Shown here one piece after another: positions 50,398 to 64,000 of a stretch of DNA of 64,000 bases. Every line of letters begins with the position of its first letter. The stretch's first letter is position 1. Position numbers and translations under genes: made by a program. Where the stretch lies: positions 8,560,001 to 8,624,000 of the forward strand of contig CAVNZM010000012.1 in assembly GCA_963693365.1 (NCBI GenBank). Direction: 5' to 3'. The notes beneath the pieces were generated by a model. That model searched no databases, had not been told where the DNA came from, and saw nothing but the letters and a program-made list of their open reading frames with translations. This stretch comes from Amoebidium appalachense (taxonomy: Eukaryota > Protista > Ichthyosporea).

Positions 50398-51190
50398 CAG
50401 TGGCACCGCGCATGATCTAAGCCAGCTCACTCAGAGGCTCTCTCTGACATCTCCCCCCCCCCCCCCCCCCCCCCCCCCTCCCCTCCTCCTCCCCCCCTTC
50501 CCCTTCCCTGAGTTATACCCCTACCGCCCTCTCTCTCTCTCCTTACCCCCCTCTTTCTGTCCCACACAAACACACACACACACGTGTACACCGTGACACA
50601 CACACTCTCTCCCAGGCCCTCTCTCATAGTAGTATCACTCTCTCTCTCGGAGCCCCAACCGTCTGAAACCTGAGTTAACAATGGCATGTTAGTACCTAAA
50701 TATATTCAATCTGAGCTCCGGCCAAGCTGACCACTGCGAGTCACGAATGTGGTGATGGTGCTTGTTTCACCTTCACTGAGCGGATATGGGTGGACATGGC
50801 ATATTATTATGGTACAGTCTATGTATTCACTTCAACAGATACATAAACAGCAACACGTGCGGGAGTCAGGAGCCCCGCTTCATTCTCACTTAGTTCTCAC
50901 ATCATCATATTGAATTTCACGGACTCTCCATAATCATGACATCTCAATCGTGTATAAGTCTAAGTTAGACACACCACACTACAAGCAAACTTTTACCTTT
51001 AAGAGTTGAGTCCTGTTTCTCCTGAAGCTATTCAGCTTGCTCTATCAAAGTTTTCGATTCATCGACAACAAGATACAGTCTGATACAACTAGTATAGTTC
51101 CGGTTTCATTTATCAAGAAACTTTCGTTTGTGTTAATGAGCATCTGCACGGTGTGCTGCATCGTTTTCACTACATAGTGTGTGTGTGACG

Positions 51191-51227
<37 letters not shown>

Positions 51228-51237
51228 CACGTTGACA

Positions 51238-51291
<54 letters not shown>

Positions 51292-51618
51292 GCGTGTGTG
51301 CATGTCATTGCGGTGCCTCCACGTGCATATGCGAGTGTCTTGAATTGCCAGCTGTTATTTTGCAATTGCCATCTAAGCTATTATAACTGGCAGAGTCTGC
51401 CAACCCAGATTCAATCGACAACCGATGAAAGTGTTACAGAAAGATCGGAAATTACACACAGAACCACTAGATACACCCAATTTTGGAGGGCCAAAACACA
51501 CCGAAATATACCAACACAACTTGGTTGAGCAACTTGACACACACAACAACAACAGATATCAGCATGAAGATCCAAGCAAAAAACACACATCCCCAACCTC
51601 TCATATCGCACTCAAAAG

Positions 51619-63573
<11,955 letters not shown>

Positions 63574-64000
63574 TTGCTTTCACACCGCCTGCCTCCCCTG
63601 CAGAATAAAAAAAGAAAGGAAAAGAGGGAAGAAAGAAAAGAAAGAAAGAAAGGAAGGGGAAAAAATAAGAATAAAAAATAAAACAAAAGAAAGATTCTGA
63701 AAGAAGAAAGGAAAGAGAGAGAGAGAACAAAAACCGACCAAACAAAGGGGGGAAGGGGGGGGGGGGGGGGGGGGGGGGGAGGGGGGGGGGGGGAAGAAAG
63801 GAAAGGAGGTTAGCACGATGCAGCCGGCGTTCTCAGGCACATGGGATAGTAAAGGTCATATGTTTGATATCATACATCCGAGATTTGAAGACAGAGACGG
63901 CCGTCTCAGTGAACAACAAGGTATTAATGGGTTACTCACAACAACCAATTGGCCCACCATACACCTTACTATTACCTTTAACCTTAGTACGGAAAAAGGA

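Overview
Intron-rich eukaryotic genomic DNA. The GT3-type glycogen synthase and animal-type transglutaminase fit an opisthokont, possibly a unicellular holozoan; this taxonomy is inference only. Introns are saturated with poly-G/C runs and (GT/CA)n, (GA/CT)n microsatellites, so almost all ORF-track entries are artefacts. Manual splicing (GT-AG, phases checked) gives four minus-strand genes: glycogen synthase (8 coding exons, 676 aa), a signal-peptide-bearing transglutaminase with intact Cys-His-Asp triad (10 exons, 784 aa), BCP1/BCCIP (8 exons, 340 aa), and a C2H2 zinc-finger/Pro-rich protein (4 exons, ~752 aa, one apparent homopolymer frameshift). There is also an intronless, disrupted F-box/LRR gene on the plus strand. 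The most unusual non-coding signals are: (i) a dispersed ~150-180 bp retroposon-like family that ends in poly(C) and sits in introns in the host sense orientation; (ii) (CA)n tracts abutting 12 of 27 3' splice sites, several with complementary GT/G-rich tracts at the 5' end of the same intron; (iii) a ~540 bp foldback MITE nested at TTAA inside one copy of that family; and (iv) a perfect 26-bp pre-miRNA-sized hairpin.
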